A DNA stretch of 64,000 bases, taken from contig JAZLFH010000017.1 in the NCBI GenBank assembly GCA_045615705.1, forward strand, positions 9,121 to 73,120. Reading direction: 5' to 3'. How positions within the stretch are numbered: position 1 is the first letter of the stretch; each line of letters opens with the position of its first letter. This DNA is from Clostridia bacterium (GTDB lineage Bacteria > Bacillota > Clostridia > UMGS1883). The notes beneath the pieces were generated by a model that was not told where the DNA came from, searched no databases, and saw only the letters and a program-made list of their open reading frames with translations. Both the position numbers and the translations under genes were made by a program. Shown one piece after another: positions 28,548 to 38,587 of the stretch.

Positions 28548-29756
28548 TTATTCAAGAACATAAACATTACATTTTCTTCTGCCGAAATTTTTTGTTTCCG
28601 TACTTGTGTAGAAAAACAAGTCAACTTTATTTCCTTTAATTGCTCCGCCTGTATCACCTGCCACACCGTATCCGTATGTCCAAGATGTACCGTCTTCCGA
28701 TTCGATATAAAGTTTTGAATACATAGGAATAACTTTCGGGTCAACTGCCACCATTCCCTTTTCAAGAGGTAGTCCCGTGGCTGACTTTCCCGCCCACTTT
28801 CCATTAGAAGCAGGTGAAGCGTCGTAAGCAGTTGCTGAGCAAGTTATAACTTTTTTGTACTTAAAAGTTTCTCCTGTCGCCGTAACTTTAACATTAGGTT
28901 CAACATAAGTTCCAATCAAATAAACTTCATTTACAGGCTCTTTTACCACTTGTTGAGATATAAACTTCTCATCTGTTTGAATTCCGTTTTCAAACTTAAC
29001 TTCGATAGTCTGTACAGCTTCGCCGTTTATTCCATCGCTAAGTTTTCTTTCTTCCCCGTAAGGAAGTTCGTCCGTTTCGATATAATCGGTACCGTAAGGA
29101 ACAGCAACCGTCTTTATCGTATTGCTCTTAGTTACTCTGACTATTTCTATCGTCATACCGTTTAAAATTTTTGTTTCTTCGGACGGTAACATATAATCGT
29201 CTTCGTCAATGTCGCTCTCGATAAGGGCTGCCGCTTCCCCTACGGTTTTAAGACAAGTCTTTATGGAGTACAACTTGTTTCCGTCTATAAATGTAACTTT
29301 CTTTGCCCTTGTAATAACAATAATTTCTCCGTCAAATATCTCATCATCATCTTCAACAGAAATAGAATCGTCAGCAGAAACAGAAATCTTTGCTTCTTTT
29401 AAAAATTCTTCAACTGTCTGCATAGTTGTACTATAATTTGTTGCTACATCGTCATCAATTACCATAACTGTTACCGGAGAATAGACTCTGATAACCGTAT
29501 TTCTCAAAAGCATATGGTCTTTTTCCGGGAATACTCTCTCATTTTCTTTTATCTCAATATTGTTTTCATTAAGAAACTGACCGACCGTTCTTGAACGAGT
29601 AATATAAGTTTCTTGATGCAAATCACGAATTAATGTAATTTCCTTTTCCGATACCGCAAAACTCGAGATCGTAACAGATACTGTAAGTATAAAAGATAAA
29701 ACTATTGTAATAATTAATCTGCTGTTTTTAAGCATTTTCTCATATATTTTTTTCAT
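28548..29756 (-). CDS. YabE/RpfB-like cell-wall protein (DUF348 repeats, G5 domain, C-terminal 3D domain)
   Basis: N-terminal TM. Repeated DUF348-like segments, a G5-like segment (TVAVPYGTDYIETDELPYGEERKLSDGINGE) and a 3D-domain C-terminus (ATAYDASP...VAVDPKVIPMYSKLYI...GDTGGAIKGNKVDLFF). Confidence 0.85.
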   Translation of the reverse strand: MKKIYEKMLKNSRLIITIVLSFILTVSVTISSFAVSEKEITLIRDLHQETYITRSRTVGQFLNENNIEIKENERVFPEKDHMLLRNTVIRVYSPVTVMVIDDDVATNYSTTMQTVEEFLKEAKISVSADDSISVEDDDEIFDGEIIVITRAKKVTFIDGNKLYSIKTCLKTVGEAAALIESDIDEDDYMLPSEETKILNGMTIEIVRVTKSNTIKTVAVPYGTDYIETDELPYGEERKLSDGINGEAVQTIEVKFENGIQTDEKFISQQVVKEPVNEVYLIGTYVEPNVKVTATGETFKYKKVITCSATAYDASPASNGKWAGKSATGLPLEKGMVAVDPKVIPMYSKLYIESEDGTSWTYGYGVAGDTGGAIKGNKVDLFFYTSTETKNFGRRKCNVYVLE

Positions 29757-29937
29757 AATTTTTTAATCCCTTTCCAAACTTTGGCTCTGTCATTATACAC
29801 ATATTATATTCGGCTTGTCAAGTATTTATTCAAATTTTGTTATATTTTTGTAATAATTAGTTAATTTTTATGGGAAACATACCCAATTATAAGCCATTTA
29901 AGTTAGACAAGGGACTTTTTTTAAGTTATTAATAAAC

Positions 29938-29979
29938 AAAAAAACACCCGGGATGCATTTGCATCTCGGGTGTTTTTTC
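29938..29979 (-). terminator. Rho-independent terminator of the S-layer-like gene
   Basis: ACACCCGGGATGC attt GCATCTCGGGTGT with flanking A and T runs. Confidence 0.75.
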
Positions 29980-29985
29980 GACTAA

Positions 29986-32900
29986 TTATTCAACAATACA
30001 AATTCCGTAAAGTGTTCCGCTTTGAGAGAATACTATTACTCTGCTTGGATTTTCCGCAAATTCATCATAAGCATTTAACGCTTCGTATTCATTGCCCTTT
30101 GTAAGTGAGCCGTCAGATGAATTATATTTGTAAATTCTGTCTTTTACGGTAGAGTTGAGTTTAAATGTGTGAACAACATAATCTTTCTTGCAGCCGACAT
30201 TGGTCGGAATATTATTGCCGCTGTTCTGCACTCCTATGCTGTCGGATGTGATTGTAGATGAAATTGTTACTGTTTCATCTTCTTCCGTATCAATTGAAAT
30301 TACAGAACCATACTGAAGTCTGAATCCTGCCGCATCATAACCTGGATAGACTTTGTTATTTGAATCATACTTTGTGCTGTTGCTCATGGCGTAAATTCTG
30401 TTATCGACTATATCTTCGATAGTTGAGCAGTCTTGTTCCTGCATTGACGGGTTCTCTGCATCATACCAAAGTTTAATCTCTTCCACTTTACCAGCAACAG
30501 TGCGATACATAATTACATCGCCGACACTGATATCATCCAATGACTTAACCGTTCCGTCTGCCGAAGTTACATCGCAATCTCCGTCTTCAATGGTGATAGA
30601 TGTTTCGTTAGGTGCAAATCTCAGATATCCCTTAATGGTTGTTCCGTCTGCCTTTTCACTCTTTGCACTTACAAGCATCATCGGAGAGTTTGATGTGAAT
30701 TCCATCGACATATTGCTCTTGTAAAGTAAAACTACATCTGCATTCTTTGCGTTAGTTTTACTGCAATTAAATACTTCTACATGGTAATTTCCGCCGGAAG
30801 TGAATGCATCACCGTATGAGATGGTATAGAACGAATCGGTATCTGTTCTGTCATCGGGAATGAAGAATATCTTAGTGCTTGATGTAACCGTGCAAGTTCC
30901 TGCATTTCCGCCGTTAGTACCATAGAAAGAGAATGTTCTTGAACTACTGTACTGTTTTGCTCCCTCATACAAGAAATCACAAGTTAAATCATCTCCGACA
31001 GAACTTGGTGAAAGCGTGTCTATTTCGTTTACAAGGTTTGAACTGTTAAGTGAATATCTGATTAACTGCGTGTAGGTATTTCCGTCTTCACTTACTACAT
31101 TTGTTATTGACGATGCGTTGTCTGTGTCATATCTCTTGTTAACATTATGGCCTGCTTTAAGTTTATTCATTATGTCCGAAGATGTAGCCTTTTCGGAAAC
31201 TCCGTCAATTTTAACATTTTTTGATGTGCCGAATACTGTTTTTGAACCGTTTGAAGTAAGAATATAAAGTTCAAGGTCATTGTTTGAATCCGATGCATCG
31301 CTGTTCTGTCTTGCATCTATGAGGTAACCGTACTGGAAGTTGCTTGTAGAAGCATCATATACTGCTGCCGCAATCTCGCCCATACAGTCAAGATATGCTT
31401 CTGCATTATCGTTAATTCCCATTGCGGGGCGGTACTCATCCGAAAGTGCTTTATAGGTATCCGAATAGTAGTAGTCGGTTCCTGCAATCTTTCTTCCGTC
31501 TGTTCCTATAATCTCAGATACAGTACCTTTTGCCGTATCTCTTGTAACTATAATATCAAGTACACGCTTTCCCGATGCTCCCGTTGGTTTTCTGTTTGCA
31601 TCAGCCTTAGCACCTGTTGCATTGTAGTGAGAATCACGAATATTTACTACATCCCACTTTTTAAGGCTTGACAATGTAATGTCTTTTCCCTCGCAAGTCA
31701 TTGACAATCTGATTTGCGATGTTGCTTCTTCCGGAATGTCGTAAAGAGCTTCCAAATCTGCTCCTGCTCCGTCTTTATACTTATACAAGAGGTATATTAT
31801 TTTGTTTGTATTGTCAACTTTACTTACAACATAAGTCTGATACGAATTTACGAATGCAATTTCATAAGTGCCGTCTCCATCATTGCAGACAAGTTCTACA
31901 TATCCGCATTCAAGATTATCTTTAAGGTCTGCCAAGTTGTATCCGGGCATATACTTTCCGTTATAGATAACTTTTACATCAGGAATATTTGCTTTAATCG
32001 TCTTTTCCTTATCACGATTCGAGTAATAAGTTATTGTACTGTTTGTCGTTGAAGCTAACTGATACTTTTCGACTTTTACGGAATCATTACTGTTTGCAAT
32101 CTTAATTTGTCTGATTTCGTCAGATTTATCTGCATCCAAGTAAACAGTAACTTTTCTTCCGAGATATGCTTCATAATCATAAGTTCCGTTCGTCTTGTAA
32201 GTTCTTCCGTCTATTTCGATTTCATCTTTTGCAAGTCCCGGATTGGAAGTATTTAAACCTGTAATAAAGGTTCCCGTTACAATACCTGTAATCTTTGTGT
32301 CGCCTCTCAAACTGTCGGAAGCGCTTGAACCTTTTTCAATTGAGTATGTTCCATCGTTATTTTCAACGAGTTTATCTACATCCAAAGCATTGTAAATGAG
32401 CATTGAAACCAGTCCGCGAGATGCCGGAGCTGAAATTCCGTTTGTTGCAACAATATTCTTTAAAATATTCTTCTGCGTTGCAACTGCAATAAATCCGCTT
32501 GACCATGATGCAGGGTTTTCAAGTTTTGCATACTCTTGATCTGCAACAACGGTATATCCGAGTGCGGCGACAATCATTTTTACCGCTTGTTCATAGGTAA
32601 CAGGGTCATTTCCTCTGAATGTGCCGTCCTCAAAGCCTTCTATTATTTTAAGATCTGTTGCAAGTTTAACATATCCTGTTGCCCAAGACAGTGTCGGGTC
32701 GGCATTTAAATCAGCATAAGCCGTAACCACCGCAATGTCTTCCGAAACAGAAGCGGTAAGATTAAGGAATCTTGTAATAACAGCCGTGAACTCTGCACGA
32801 GTTATTGTATTTGCCGATTTGAATGTGCCATCGGGGTAGCCCTGTATAACGCCGAGTTCTACAAGTGTTTCTACCGCAGCCCCCTCTGTCGTATTGACAT

Positions 32901-33048
32901 CAATGTCTGAAAGTGTAATCGGGCTTGCGATTGCCGTTTCAACGGCAGTTACAGTGTCGGTTGTTTCTTCTGCAAAAGCAAAAGGCACAATCGAGAAAAG
33001 CATTGCCACTGCCACAAGTACAGAAAGAATTGATTTTAGTTTTCTCAT
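29986..33048 (-). CDS. S-layer-like surface protein with three N-terminal SLH domains
   Basis: Signal peptide MRKLKSILSVLVAVAMLFSIVPFAFA. SLH repeats (AVETLVELGVIQGYPDGTFKSANTITRAEF..., WATGYVKLATDLKIIEGFEDGTFRG..., WSSGFIAVATQKNIL...). The rest is a long Thr/Ser/Asn/Asp-rich beta-type body. A strong promoter and terminator flank it. Confidence 0.8.
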   Translation of the reverse strand: MRKLKSILSVLVAVAMLFSIVPFAFAEETTDTVTAVETAIASPITLSDIDVNTTEGAAVETLVELGVIQGYPDGTFKSANTITRAEFTAVITRFLNLTASVSEDIAVVTAYADLNADPTLSWATGYVKLATDLKIIEGFEDGTFRGNDPVTYEQAVKMIVAALGYTVVADQEYAKLENPASWSSGFIAVATQKNILKNIVATNGISAPASRGLVSMLIYNALDVDKLVENNDGTYSIEKGSSASDSLRGDTKITGIVTGTFITGLNTSNPGLAKDEIEIDGRTYKTNGTYDYEAYLGRKVTVYLDADKSDEIRQIKIANSNDSVKVEKYQLASTTNSTITYYSNRDKEKTIKANIPDVKVIYNGKYMPGYNLADLKDNLECGYVELVCNDGDGTYEIAFVNSYQTYVVSKVDNTNKIIYLLYKYKDGAGADLEALYDIPEEATSQIRLSMTCEGKDITLSSLKKWDVVNIRDSHYNATGAKADANRKPTGASGKRVLDIIVTRDTAKGTVSEIIGTDGRKIAGTDYYYSDTYKALSDEYRPAMGINDNAEAYLDCMGEIAAAVYDASTSNFQYGYLIDARQNSDASDSNNDLELYILTSNGSKTVFGTSKNVKIDGVSEKATSSDIMNKLKAGHNVNKRYDTDNASSITNVVSEDGNTYTQLIRYSLNSSNLVNEIDTLSPSSVGDDLTCDFLYEGAKQYSSSRTFSFYGTNGGNAGTCTVTSSTKIFFIPDDRTDTDSFYTISYGDAFTSGGNYHVEVFNCSKTNAKNADVVLLYKSNMSMEFTSNSPMMLVSAKSEKADGTTIKGYLRFAPNETSITIEDGDCDVTSADGTVKSLDDISVGDVIMYRTVAGKVEEIKLWYDAENPSMQEQDCSTIEDIVDNRIYAMSNSTKYDSNNKVYPGYDAAGFRLQYGSVISIDTEEDETVTISSTITSDSIGVQNSGNNIPTNVGCKKDYVVHTFKLNSTVKDRIYKYNSSDGSLTKGNEYEALNAYDEFAENPSRVIVFSQSGTLYGICIVE

Positions 33049-33105
33049 AGTATTATCCTCCAGTAAAAAATCGCTACTAACCATAGTTTATAAGTAACCA
33101 TATAC

Positions 33106-33134
33106 ATTGTACAACTTGTAAAATTTTAAGTCAA
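33106..33134 (-). promoter_or_regulatory. Sigma-A-type promoter of the S-layer-like gene (TTGACT-17-TACAAT)
   Basis: The minus strand reads TTGACTtaaaattttacaagttgTACAAT, about 60 nt upstream of the start codon. Confidence 0.55.
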
Positions 33135-33135
33135 G

Positions 33136-33164
33136 AAAAAAAAAGGCGAAACACGCCTTTTTAT
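33136..33164 (-). terminator. Rho-independent terminator of lgt
   Basis: AAAGGCG aaaca CGCCTTT with flanking A and T runs. Confidence 0.7.
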
Positions 33165-33193
33165 CTAAACTGTAATATTGCATTAACAATACA

Positions 33194-33970
33194 TTAACAT
33201 TTCTTCTTGCTTGCAATTATGTAAATTAAAAATGCAACAATTACCGAAACTCCTGCGATCACCTGTGAAACTCGAAAATTTCCTATGTATAGGCTGTCTG
33301 CCCGAAGTCCTTCTATAAAAAACCGTCCCGCTCCGTACCACATTATATATGAAAGAAATGTCGCTCCGTTAAACTTTCTTTTTTTGAAAAACGCACAAAG
33401 AATGGCAAATCCCAGCACATTCCACAATGATTCATACAAAAATGCGGGATGAACCGGACTAAATCCGTTTATTGACATTCCCAAAAAGCAGTTTGTCGGG
33501 GAACCGTACGCTTCGCAGTTAACAAAATTTCCCCACCTGCCTATTGCTTGTCCGATTAAAAGTCCCAAGACTCCTATATCAAGATATTCCAAAACGGGCA
33601 GTTTTTTAACCTTAAAATAAATAACCGCAGTCAAAACCGCTCCGATAATCGCCCCGTAAATAGCAATCCCGCCGTTATGTATGTAAAAAATACTCAATAT
33701 ATTATTTTTGTATGAATCAAACTCAAATGCCACATAATATGCCCTGGCACAGATTACGGAAACGGGAATCGCATAGATTAAAAGGTCAATAAAAACCTCT
33801 TTGTCCTTCCCTGTTTTCTTTGACAGATAAGTTACATACCACGCAGCCAGAACAAGCCCCAATGCAATTATTATACCATACCAATATATATTAAAATTTC
33901 CTATTTTAAATGCGATTCGGTCCAATGTAAACGATATATTAAGTTTTGGAAATGAAACGGTGTTTTTCAT
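33194..33970 (-). CDS. lgt: Prolipoprotein diacylglyceryl transferase
   Basis: Y..GIIIALG, GGIAIYGAIIG and GRWGNFVN motifs. 258 aa. Confidence 0.95.
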   Translation of the reverse strand: MKNTVSFPKLNISFTLDRIAFKIGNFNIYWYGIIIALGLVLAAWYVTYLSKKTGKDKEVFIDLLIYAIPVSVICARAYYVAFEFDSYKNNILSIFYIHNGGIAIYGAIIGAVLTAVIYFKVKKLPVLEYLDIGVLGLLIGQAIGRWGNFVNCEAYGSPTNCFLGMSINGFSPVHPAFLYESLWNVLGFAILCAFFKKRKFNGATFLSYIMWYGAGRFFIEGLRADSLYIGNFRVSQVIAGVSVIVAFLIYIIASKKKC

Positions 33971-35247
33971 TTGCTTTTAACCTCGGATAAGACCATATTT
34001 TTCTCATCAAAAAGTGTATTAAAGCGTTTTTGGAGATAATCATAGTCTATTTCTTCAATAATTTCCGCCGTTTCAAATATATCTATATTTTTGTGATGTG
34101 CAAAAACAAAGTCATTCCCCAAATCTTCAATGTCATTTAAAGAGCGAATAAAGGAGGCATAACTTACCTTTTTTTGCCTTTCAAACGCTTCACGGTCAAG
34201 TCCTTTGTTCTTGACTTTTAACAATTCCTCTTTTATGCTGTCTCGCACTTTTTTTACATCATTTGACGAACCGCTCAGCATTGCAAACGAAAAACTTTCT
34301 TCATAATCATAAGATGATGAAAAATCCGACTGTATCAGTCCTTTTTCATACAAATCGGTATAAATAAGTGAACTCTGTGAAAAAAGCATATCAAGAAGTA
34401 TCCCCGAAGCAAGTTCTTTCTTTAAAAGTTCTCTTTTTTCAAGGTTGTTTTCATTATCTTTAAATCCTATTGTGAAAAGCGGGAGCGGGACATCCATAGC
34501 GGTTGAAATCTCTTCTTGCACCGTTTCTTTAGGTTCGCTCGGAAAGATTTGAGTTATCTTCCCTGTCTTTTCTTTGTCGATATACTTATCGACTATTTCA
34601 AGAATCTTATTTTCGTCAACATCTCCAAGACAAATAAGTGCCATATTTGACGGATGATAAAATGTATTGTAGCACTTATACAGTTCTTGCGGTGTAATCT
34701 TCATTATATCTTCCACACTTCCCGCAATATCCTCTTTTACGGGATGGTTTTTATACATTGCTTTAAGACAATTATAAAAGCACACCTGATTAGGGTCATC
34801 ATTGTACATTCTTATTTCCTGTGCAATTATCCCTTTTTCCTTTTCTACATTTTCTTCCGTAAAATACGGTTTTGTAACAAAATCAAGGAGTATTTCAAGG
34901 TTTTCATAAAATGAATCGGTGCAGGAAAAAAGATAATTTGTTACCGCAAACGATGTAAAAGCGTTTGCATTTGCTCCGTATTTTGCAAAATAGTCAAACG
35001 CATTTGTCCCGTCTTCCATTTCAAAAACTTTATGCTCCAAAAAGTGTGCCACGCCTTCTGTTGTGCGTATTTCTTCGCCGTTTGGCGGAGTAAATCTTGT
35101 GTTTATCGAACCGAATTTCGTTGAAAATGTTGCATAATACTGGCTGTAACCCTTTTGAGGAATAACTATTATTTCCAGTCCCGATTTGTGTGTCATTTTA
35201 AGGACTTTTCGATTTATTGAAGGATATAAATATTCTTTAAATTCCAT
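33967..35247 (-). CDS. M16-family zinc peptidase, active subunit (HxxEH)
   Basis: HFLEHKVF inverted zinc-binding motif. 426 aa. Paired with the upstream M16 paralog. Confidence 0.85.
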   Translation of the reverse strand: MEFKEYLYPSINRKVLKMTHKSGLEIIVIPQKGYSQYYATFSTKFGSINTRFTPPNGEEIRTTEGVAHFLEHKVFEMEDGTNAFDYFAKYGANANAFTSFAVTNYLFSCTDSFYENLEILLDFVTKPYFTEENVEKEKGIIAQEIRMYNDDPNQVCFYNCLKAMYKNHPVKEDIAGSVEDIMKITPQELYKCYNTFYHPSNMALICLGDVDENKILEIVDKYIDKEKTGKITQIFPSEPKETVQEEISTAMDVPLPLFTIGFKDNENNLEKRELLKKELASGILLDMLFSQSSLIYTDLYEKGLIQSDFSSSYDYEESFSFAMLSGSSNDVKKVRDSIKEELLKVKNKGLDREAFERQKKVSYASFIRSLNDIEDLGNDFVFAHHKNIDIFETAEIIEEIDYDYLQKRFNTLFDEKNMVLSEVKSK

Positions 35248-36509
35248 TTATTTTTCCTCCTTTTGTCAAGAAAATAGACTGTATCAAGTTTAAACAGATT
35301 TGCTGCCTCAACTATATTTTCTTTTGTAAGAGAATTTATCTTTTTTATCTCATCATCAGCAGTTAAATCCGTACCTGCTATTCGGTTTGAAATTTTCTTG
35401 TTTAATATTGAATAAAGAGAGTCGTTTTGTGCTTTGAGTGCTGTAACAAGTGTTTTTTTCGCTCCGTCAAATTCTTCGTCCGTGATTACTCCGTTTTTAA
35501 TATTTTCAAGTTCAAAAAGTATTCCGTCATAAGCCTTTTTGAAGTTTTCGCACTCTATTCCGCTCTTTACCAGAATTATTCCCTTGTGCTTGTCATACGA
35601 TGCCGATGCATAGTAGCAAAGGCTCATTTTTTCTCTTACATTATTGAACAGTTTACTCGTTGCTCCTCCGCCGAAAACTACCGTTGCAAGCCAAGCGGCA
35701 TACATTTTATCATCATTTGCCAAAACAGGCACCCGAAATCCCATGCAAAGTTTCCCTTGTGTAACATCCATCTTTTCTTTGACTTTTTTAATCTCGTTTC
35801 CCGGTTCTTTATATGTTCCTTTAATTATTGAAGCATCTCTGTCATTAAGATTTTTTACAAACTTATCTGAAAAATCGGTTGCATCTTTTTTCGAAAAATT
35901 TCCGGTAAACATAATGTCTATTACGCTGTTGTCAAGGAGAGTATTGTACTGGTTTATTATGTCATCTTCGCTTATTTTTTTTGCAATGTCAGTATAACCC
36001 ACCGTATTTACACCGTAAGGTTCATCATGACACATTTCTTCAAGAAGCCTGTTTGTACTGTATGAAATTTTATTGTTTCGCTCCGCTTCAATCTTTTTAA
36101 TAAGATTTTCTTTTTCGCTTTTTATATCTTGTTTCTTAAAACCTATCTCACGAGGCGAAAAAAAGACATCAAAAAGCAGTTCACTTGCCCCTGAAAATAT
36201 ATCAATACCTTCGGGAAGTGTGCTTTTTGAAAGAATATCAAATCCAATACACACAATATTTTCTTCGCCGATTTTTGCACTGTAAGTGTAAAGCGATGTA
36301 CCGTAAAGTTTTTCCGACTCTACATTAAGCTTCATTCGTGAAGGATACTTTTTCCCTCCGCAACGAAAAAGCATGGAAATAAGGTTGTTTATTGTCGCTT
36401 CTTTCTTTTCAAGCGGTCTGTGTATAATTACATCGACACGCATAGTCGTAAATTTATCATCCGGTATTAAAAAAAGGTTTATTCCGTTTTTCAGTTTTAT
36501 TTTTTCCAT
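35214..36509 (-). CDS. M16-family peptidase-like protein lacking the HxxEH motif (non-catalytic partner)
   Basis: Length and architecture resemble the adjacent M16 protein, but no HxxEH is present. Overlaps its partner by 34 nt. Confidence 0.8.
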   Translation of the reverse strand: MEKIKLKNGINLFLIPDDKFTTMRVDVIIHRPLEKKEATINNLISMLFRCGGKKYPSRMKLNVESEKLYGTSLYTYSAKIGEENIVCIGFDILSKSTLPEGIDIFSGASELLFDVFFSPREIGFKKQDIKSEKENLIKKIEAERNNKISYSTNRLLEEMCHDEPYGVNTVGYTDIAKKISEDDIINQYNTLLDNSVIDIMFTGNFSKKDATDFSDKFVKNLNDRDASIIKGTYKEPGNEIKKVKEKMDVTQGKLCMGFRVPVLANDDKMYAAWLATVVFGGGATSKLFNNVREKMSLCYYASASYDKHKGIILVKSGIECENFKKAYDGILFELENIKNGVITDEEFDGAKKTLVTALKAQNDSLYSILNKKISNRIAGTDLTADDEIKKINSLTKENIVEAANLFKLDTVYFLDKRRKNKWNLKNIYILQ

Positions 36510-36551
36510 AAAATACTCCTCTATGTAAAGGACGCCTTTGGGCAGTCCGTT

Positions 36552-36611
36552 TTACTTGCTTACTCCTATCGTAGCAATTAAAGAAAATATCCACACTAAA
36601 AGTTTCCGCAT
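36552..36611 (-). CDS. Candidate 19-aa hydrophobic micropeptide (MRKLLVWIFSLIATIGVSK)
   Basis: ATG preceded by GGAGGTG with 6-nt spacing, lying between the glycosyltransferase and the M16 genes. A small hairpin follows (GGACUGCC caaa GGCGUCC). It is below the ORF-track cutoff. Confidence 0.25.
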   Translation of the reverse strand: MRKLLVWIFSLIATIGVSK

Positions 36612-36641
36612 AATAGCACCTCCGCTTTTAGTATATCCCTT

Positions 36642-37763
36642 TTAATCTTTAAAATTCTTTTTGATTGAAAGCACAAAATCTCCCAGTTTTTCCGAACTGT
36701 TTGCACTTCCTATATATGAAGCTCCTTCTCTCATATGCTTTTGCAGATACTCGTTATTAAAGAACATATATACCGCTTCGTCAATCGGAAATGTTTTTGT
36801 TATAAACATCGCCAAACCGTTATTAAGCAGAAATTCCTTGTTCCTGTCTTCCTGCCCCGGTATCGGACTTTCAATCAGCATAGGAACAGCTTTTGAAAGT
36901 GCTTCCGAAACCGTTAATCCGCCCGGTTTTGTAACTAAAATATCGGACGCATCCATCATTACTTCAACATTATTTACAAATTCGTAAGGATATACCTTGT
37001 GCTTAAAATTAGTTCGCAAAAGTCTTTTGTATGCCCGCTCATTCTTACCGCATACCGCAATTATCTGAAAATCATCCTCTAAACCGTCAAGCGTCTTTAT
37101 CTCTCGTGCTATATTTCCGAATCCCATAGAGCCCATCATTACCATAACTGTTTGCTTATTTTCGATATTAAGCATTTCTCTTGCCGTTTTTTTATCTGTA
37201 TTTTTTGAAAATTTAGCGTCAATGGGAATCCCGAACGGAAGTATTTTTTCTTCCGGAATCCCGTTTTTCTTCATTTGATTTCCGAGTAAATGTGTAGGTG
37301 TTACATAGTAGTCAAGATTTGTTTCATACCACATAGGATGAACGGTAAAATCCGTGATTATTCCTATGGTTTTTATTCCGCTTAAACGGTTTTTCATTGC
37401 CGTAATGCTCTTTGCGGAAAATAAATGCGAGCAAATTATTACATCGGGGCAGAAATCATCAATATACCTGATTGTTTTGTATGTCAGAATTTTATTTAAC
37501 ACCAAATCCATTTTTATCATATCTTCGCCGAGTTTAAACTCGTCCTTTTCAAGCATACGATAAAACTTAGCGTATGTTTTCGGTGCGTATTTTGTGGATA
37601 ATAAATATCCCTTTTCAACTGTGTCCGAAAGTGCCGGGCTTATATATTTATATTGGTCGAGTATTCTGCATTCGGCACCTTTTGATTTTAAGTATTCGGA
37701 AATTGCTCTCGCACTTGCAGTATGTCCTTGTCCTGTTGAAATTGTGAGAATTAAAACTTTCAT
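36642..37763 (-). CDS. Diacylglycerol glycosyltransferase (MGDG synthase / UgtP-like, GT28)
   Basis: MKVLILTISTGQGHTASARAI N-terminus and a C-terminal KPGGLTVSEAL motif, typical of the MGDG_synth plus Glyco_tran_28_C architecture. Confidence 0.8.
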   Translation of the reverse strand: MKVLILTISTGQGHTASARAISEYLKSKGAECRILDQYKYISPALSDTVEKGYLLSTKYAPKTYAKFYRMLEKDEFKLGEDMIKMDLVLNKILTYKTIRYIDDFCPDVIICSHLFSAKSITAMKNRLSGIKTIGIITDFTVHPMWYETNLDYYVTPTHLLGNQMKKNGIPEEKILPFGIPIDAKFSKNTDKKTAREMLNIENKQTVMVMMGSMGFGNIAREIKTLDGLEDDFQIIAVCGKNERAYKRLLRTNFKHKVYPYEFVNNVEVMMDASDILVTKPGGLTVSEALSKAVPMLIESPIPGQEDRNKEFLLNNGLAMFITKTFPIDEAVYMFFNNEYLQKHMREGASYIGSANSSEKLGDFVLSIKKNFKD

Positions 37764-37868
37764 AAGTTTTCCTCCCTGTAAAAATAATCAGTAACACAAT
37801 TTTTATAAAGCACATAGAATGTGAGTGTAAGCAGCTTACAGTAAATCTACTTTGAAAGGAGATTACCC

Positions 37869-37985
37869 ATGCTTTTCGGATGCAACTCTAATAACGGAAA
37901 CAATTGCTGCGAATGGATTATTTGGATAATCGTTATCGCATTCATTCTTAACTGCCTTTGCGGTAATAACGACTGCGGTTGCTAA
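37869..37985 (+). CDS. Cys/Asn/Gly-rich 38-aa membrane micropeptide (YjcZ-like tiny sporulation-protein type)
   Basis: AGGAG 7 nt upstream of the ATG. Sequence MLFGCNSNNGNNCCEWIIWIIVIAFILNCLCGNNDCGC has Cys-rich ends flanking one hydrophobic helix. A bidirectional terminator follows. Confidence 0.5.
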   Translation: MLFGCNSNNGNNCCEWIIWIIVIAFILNCLCGNNDCGC

Positions 37986-37995
37986 TTAACTTTTT

Positions 37996-38019
37996 CGGGG
38001 AGATTATTCTCCCCGTTTT
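37996..38019. terminator. Bidirectional terminator overlapping the rdgB stop
   Basis: GGGGAGA ttat TCTCCCC followed by a T run. Confidence 0.7.
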
Positions 38020-38585
38020 ATTTTTTCTCTGAGCATTTTAAGTGCCATTCCCCTATGACTTACGGAATTTTTCTCATCCGGGTTTAGTTCGGAAAAGGTC
38101 TTTTTAAACTTTTTAACATAAAACACCGGGTCATATCCAAATCCGTCAGTTCCTCTGGGTGTTCTTGTTATTGTTCCCTCACATTTTCCTTCGCATACAA
38201 GCTCTTTATCCCCGTCTGTAAAAACAATTGTACATACAAACCGTGCATTTCGCTCTCCTTCGGGAGCATTTTCCATATTTTTAAGTAAAAGTTTTGTTCT
38301 GTCGCTGTCTGTAAGTCCTTCTCCTCCGTACCTTGCAGAATAAACTCCCGGTTCTCCTTTCAGATAATCCACAATCAAACCCGAATCATCTGCAATAACC
38401 GGAATTTTTACCTTTTTTACTATTTCTCGTGCCTTTTTCAAAGCATTTTCTTCAAATGTTTTTCCGTCCTCAATGACATCTGTTTCTACGCCGACATCAC
38501 TTAAAGACAAAATCTCATGTTCTTTTAAAATTTCACGAAACTCACGAACTTTGTTTTTGTTGTTTGTTCCTGCAACTATTTTCAT
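38004..38585 (-). CDS. rdgB: Non-canonical purine NTP pyrophosphatase (RdgB/HAM1)
   Basis: MKIVAGTNNKNKVREF and GFGYDPVF motifs. 193 aa. Downstream of rph as in many bacteria. Confidence 0.9.
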   Translation of the reverse strand: MKIVAGTNNKNKVREFREILKEHEILSLSDVGVETDVIEDGKTFEENALKKAREIVKKVKIPVIADDSGLIVDYLKGEPGVYSARYGGEGLTDSDRTKLLLKNMENAPEGERNARFVCTIVFTDGDKELVCEGKCEGTITRTPRGTDGFGYDPVFYVKKFKKTFSELNPDEKNSVSHRGMALKMLREKIKRGE

Positions 38586-38587
38586 AC

